From NCBI GenBank assembly GCA_002633005.1, contig NMRA01000058.1, forward strand, positions 1 through 64,000: a stretch of 64,000 nt of DNA, read 5' to 3'. The notes beneath the pieces were generated by a model. It had not been told where the DNA came from. It searched no databases and saw only the letters and a list, made by a program, of their open reading frames with translations. The position numbers were made by a program, and so were the translations under genes. Of the stretch, positions 58,936-64,000 are shown piece after piece (within the stretch, counting starts at the first letter, position 1; every line of letters starts with the position of its first letter). The stretch comes from Phoronis australis (lineage: Eukaryota > Animalia > Phoronida).

Positions 58936-60928
58936 GGATGCCAGGCATATTTTTGCCCTCATGAGTTGAAACTGCTTCTAATTTCAAAATAAGCTTTTGA
59001 TTGCACTGAAACTGGCACCAGTATGGATTAACAGGATACCAGGTTGTCAGAATCTGTTCGCGGAATTCATCCAACAAATGTCATAGTACCTGAACTGAGG
59101 CGGTCCCAAAAAAATTCAGACTGAGAATCCTGAATTCGATTTTTGACTGGCCCGGCCCACAGTATTTAATAAAAGTAGTTAAGGCTCAATGTCATAAAGT
59201 ATGCTCTTTATAACTGTTAATGTTACCGTTATAAGTAATAAACAATTTACGTGGTCAATGTTGAAGTTATTTGACACAAAAAAATTTGGAAGGATCAATA
59301 TGAAAATTGGCATGCAGGTGTGTTTTTCTGATGAGGAGGTCGCAATTGACGTTGATTTTCGGGCATGTTCAACTAATCTGGCTCCCGCTAGTGGAGCTTT
59401 TGTTTCAGTTTGTGTCTACTGCTCCTTAAAGTCCTAGTACCACGTTTTCAAACCTCACAGTTAGAAGTTCTAAGGAACCAAACAGTACCTATCCCATAAC
59501 CAACACAGAATCCGTTGTCGAAGAAAATTTAAATAAACGTGCCACTCATGATTCCGACCCGAAGATTACACTGTCATTTTGAACCAACCGCGAAACTGGA
59601 AGTACAATTTATTCAGGACTGAACCCAAAAACGCCGGCGCCAGTGTGCGTCGCGACTGAAGCAGCCGAGTGTCAGTTACTAGCTTGCAAACGGGGTTAAA
59701 ATAATCGACAGCGGACCTTGATTTAAGTAAAACCAAAATAAGGGACAATTTGTACTGAAACTGTTGACAAAATGTGGCATAATAAATTTTATCAGAAATT
59801 ATTTTGCCGGATTCTAGCCGATGACCTGGTGCGAACTGATTGAGACCACTGCGCTGACGAAAGACGAAGGCATACCGTCCCTGGCTGTTTTATCGAAATG
59901 AATGCTTCCAATCATAAATGCCCTAGTATACATACAAAGACCCCAGTATACGGCAAAGATAGTTTCCGACACTTGCATAAAATTACGAACTAGTCACAGT
60001 ACTGTGCCAGCAATAGAATAACAAGGCCGACTGATGGCGGGCTAAAATGAGGCTAAGCGTGCTTTAATTGGGTGTAATTAACTCTGGTAAATAGAACAAC
60101 GAACATGCAATATCAAAATAACTGTAAAATTGCTATTCACTTAGAATATTTTGACGATTGAACTTGCGATTGAAAATATCAAAAATGAATTTAGACGGAA
60201 ACTAAGATACCGGCTATGGTCTCCCGCCACTTCCGTTGCGGCTGAGTGACTGCCAAGCTCAGTAAGAAAACTTTCCATGGAGCCAAATGGTATTGATGAA
60301 TAAAAGGAATAGTTCCCGTTCAGACAAAAACATTCGTATAGGCCGAACTGAGCTGCTTGCCGGACTGCCTGGCATGCCGTGCGCGGACATAGTGTTCTGC
60401 GGGGCAAGATGAACACATTAGTTAGCTACCCGGGCCTTGAATGAGTGAAATTCGCGTGACAAAGGGATTAAAAAATACCGCGTCATGCTCCTATCACTGC
60501 AATATTTTCCCATCGCCGACATTCAGCTCATTGACTACAATTCACTACACTCCATCAACACCCCCCCCCCTCACTGACCCCGTTTGCGTCGCGGAAATTT
60601 TATATTTAGACAACAGAGATACTATATTGTAAGTTTTTGTCAGTTTTTAAAATACATTTTCCCTAATAATTGAAAAATCAAAACCAATTTAGCAAGTGAT
60701 TATTTTCGCGGCGAAGAGTCACGGCAACTGCAGGGGAATTACTTCGCCGGTGAATTACTGGGTCCGGGCAGCAAAATCAAAGCACAAGTGCGCGTTACTG
60801 CAATTGAGGTGTGGAGCTCACTGTAGTGAGATAAAGTTGTTTTTGGTTGTTGAAACATCGCCGTGTGAGGCTGTTTTTTATTTTACATTTTTAACAGCCA
60901 GTAAAGCTGGTGCCGATTTGCTGCCAAG

Positions 60929-61028
60929 CACAGGCGTCCTCAGCTTCTGATCGTCCCCGATACACCATATATAATATTATAGTATTACATAGTGTATTGG
61001 GGACGATCAGATGCTGAGGACGCCTATG
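60929..61028. mobile_element. 100-bp hairpin MITE with 8-bp TSD (hAT-type)
   Basis: CACAGGCGTCCTCAGCTTCTGATCGTCCCC... pairs with ...GGGGACGATCAGATGCTGAGGACGCCTATG; CTGCCAAG at 60921-60928 and 61029-61036. Confidence 0.9.
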
Positions 61029-61949
61029 CTGCCAAGTACGCTCTGCGGTCACGCGGCGTCCGGGTAGTCATACCGTAATTGCTCATTCTAGCATGGGCGG
61101 CGCGTCATGGGGGGGCTCATAGCATCCATTACATTTTCCCGTTGATCCCCACTTGTTCGATTCTATAGCCAAACAACAAGTTGGGAAGAACACCCCTGTA
61201 CCCAATATCTCACACGACTGGTTAACTCCATTCTGGCATTCATGGTTGGAGGCCAGCTCTCTTTTGTTCGACAATTAGTAATTGCTCTAATCTCCAGTAA
61301 GATCATATCTAGCCTGACTGGGCTGTGCTGCTAAAAATGTAAGTTAACTGTAACATATTTGAACATAAACCAATGATTTCTGAAATCCTCGTGAAATGGT
61401 GATCATGTTTAGTTCAGAATTGCCAAAATCGCCCAAATAAACAGAATTTACGACAAAATTCTTTCCGAATGTACCAATTCGCTCTGGGTTTGACTGTGTC
61501 GCACGTGCTCTGTAATAAGTCTGGTAGATAATTGGCCTGCCTGTTGTCGTACCAGACAAAAGACTGTGCTTGACATCAGTTACAAAGAAGCTAGATGTTA
61601 TCACACGGTCATAACCCTCTACGTCTGGTAAAGTCACTGAACGGAAAAACGCTATCGTGTCCCCACTTTTTTCAGTGCCGCGACACCTATAGGCGATGCA
61701 CCACATGGGGCTGGGGGGGCTTTTCGTATAAAGTAAACAACTGCTGCATGGAATTAAGGAGAACAACAAAATTTTTCCATTTCTCAGAGAAGCTGTCATA
61801 TACAAAATTTTTATGTGCAATAAATTTTTCAGCATTGTAGTACACCTAAGTAAATGTAACAAGCTTGTGAATTTAGGTATATTTTGTGACGTCTCTCCTT
61901 GTAAATGTTCTGTTTGGCCAGTAACATCAAAATGTTAAATAGAAAATCA

Positions 61950-64000
61950 TGTGTCTAAAGGCAAGAATAACACTTTATAAGAGATAAAGTTGGGAAGCTG
62001 AGTGGGAAACTTTTGAAGTAGCTTTCCGAATTCCTTCCAAAAATCGTGTACAGGGCGACATGCCCAAAAAGCTGTGACATTGTCTTTGGAGCTTTGTTAC
62101 AAAAGGAACATAGATTAGAATCCCAAAAAGGTATTTGTTGCAATTATCTTGTGTAATATTCTGAATTAGAACCATCTAATATTGGGATTCTTTGTAATTT
62201 CATAAGGCAATGCGTATATTTTCTTCTTCCAATCAAACTCCTTATTCTATTTCCCCTTTACACTGTAACTTAGAAGGTTTCTTAATGTCGTTAAAGATAT
62301 ATAAAAATATCTCTACAACCCTTCACATCTTTCCATAAGTGAGTAATTGTTAATGGCATGCAAATGGAATAGACATTAAAAGTTTTGAATTTACTTTGAA
62401 ATAGACTTTTTGAAGCCTTAGAAAAGAAACAATACCATTATATGCTACAAATTTGATTTTTACATCGAACCCATTTATCATATGGTCTAAACCAACGACA
62501 TCGCTATCCGAGGTATAGGCCTACATATCTCTGATAAATCTTAAGCCTTTTACAAATCGAGTCTTCTGCCTCCGATCCCCAAGTTACTAATAAAGCACAA
62601 AGGTTGATTCAAAAAGTCTTCTTTACTCGCAACAATTATTTTCTTATAGAAAGGTGTCATACTGTACTTCCAAATACGTCACACCAGTAGGAATTATCAA
62701 TTAGAATAACTTCGACTCAATAAAGTCTTATCCAAATGAAGCAAAATTCTTTAAGAACGGATAGAGTGAGTATAGTAACTCGGCTTTCAAGGTATCTACG
62801 AGCCATGGTGAGTTCTAAAGCTTTGCTGAACGTTTGTATATCAACCATTTGAAGTCCTCCTCGATCTTGTCCTAAACAGGCCGTAGTTCGTTACGAGCAC
62901 GTGCGCTCACCCAGGGGGGTGGGGGCTCGGGCCGCTCGAACGAGCCCTCCATTTGGCGAAGTAAGCAAAAAGGTCCGCCTCTGAGAGACAGTCATTAAAC
63001 ATGCGCAAACGCGTAATTCACAGTGGTGCTCCCGTTTTTTTTTTTTTTGTTTTTTTTTAGTCCGCACCTTTTTTGTTATCAAAAGGACCACAAGGAATTC
63101 CAGCGCCCCATATTGAAGGGTTGGCGCGAGCATGGAGCATGCCATACAATTCTAAAGAATATCGTATTCAATTCATCCAAGACTTTTACCGGTGAATTTG
63201 ATAATCTTGACAACAAAAAATTAAGTTTGGAAATGGTTAACGTTTTAATTACAGTTACTCTACCAAACGGCGTTAAATTTCGTCGACTACAACTTTTTAA
63301 TAAAGATTTAATCTCAGGCATTCTTGCAGCGAAGTCCTTATGCGTCATATTTTCCAATTGAGTGTCAAAATTCACCGCAAACATCTAAAAGATTTTTTGT
63401 CCAAGACTGACTGACTTGTAGGAATCACGTCATCACTACCACTTTTACTTCCAAACCATATGGCTGTTGTTTAATTCACATTCACTTGGAGACCGGAGAG
63501 ACTAGCAAACACATGTACATCCAATGTGCTAGCCAATGACAAATTTGACCCATCCAAAGTAATTGATGAGTCGTCTGCATATTGTGAAATCAAATATTCC
63601 TTATTTCCTGCAACTACACATACAATAATTTTATTATAATTGATTAAATACGTCAAAATTTCCGCACATACTATGAAAATGTAAGGAGACAAAGGGTCAC
63701 ATTGTCTGCAGCCACGCGAAATATTGAACCAGGAAGATGAGTGACCATTTACGACAACACACAACTTAATGTTACTATAAAAGACTTTTACCCACCTTCT
63801 GATCGACCAACCAAATTTAAGGAAAGATAAAGTTTTTTGAATAAAATTCTACGACAATGAATCAAATGCTTTCTCAAAATCGATCAGTAGGAGCAATCCT
63901 GGTTTGTTAGGTGACTGGGTATAAAACATTAACTCAAATAGAACGAGGATATATTCGTTCATATTTCTTCCAGAAACAAAAGCTGTCTGGTCCTTACTGA
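61950..64000 (-). mobile_element. Decayed L1/Tx1-clade LINE ORF2 (RT domain to C-terminal zinc knuckle), continuing beyond the window
   Basis: LLIDFEKAFDS, SRGCRQCDPLSPYIF, ISQYADD, LTPFGRVTVIKTL and CSFC knuckle remnant; many stops and frameshifts. Confidence 0.9.
62900..63134. mobile_element. MITE (same family as 43793-44030) inserted in the LINE, 5-bp TSD GAGCA
   Basis: CGTGCGCTCACCC...GCGCGAGCATG termini, shared GCTCGAACGAGCCC core, GAGCA at 62895-62899 and 63135-63139. Confidence 0.8.

Overview
AT-rich, intron-rich metazoan (invertebrate-like) nuclear DNA with assembly gaps (single n at 1882, 5944 and 31069; N-run 49309-50241). By manual splicing I reconstruct three protein-coding genes: the last coding exon of a Rab39-type GTPase (+, 2340-2769), a complete CCDC83-like coiled-coil gene (-, 11 coding exons, 12613-28739, ~430 aa), and a complete DONSON gene (+, 10 coding exons, 35483-57064, ~587 aa) arranged head-to-head with CCDC83. 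DONSON contains a GT-AG U12-type (minor spliceosome) intron. The rest is mostly transposon debris: Helentron-associated (HINE/DINE-1-like) elements whose internal ~150-bp monomers each carry a CTCF-like motif, several LINE fragments (L1/Tx1, CR1/L2-group, LOA/R1-like, I-group), a Penelope GIY-YIG fragment with a decayed hammerhead motif, tRNA-derived SINEs, MITEs with 5- and 8-bp TSDs, a higher-order minisatellite, and a probable haplotype duplication. I see no unambiguous new biological system. The best leads are regulatory or structural: a possible poison U12 acceptor and a duplicated poison U2 acceptor in DONSON, convergent CTCF-motif arrays carried by HINEs, and an inverted repeat with outward-facing splice donors in the bidirectional promoter region. 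All family assignments come from motif recognition and recalled sequences, not database searches.
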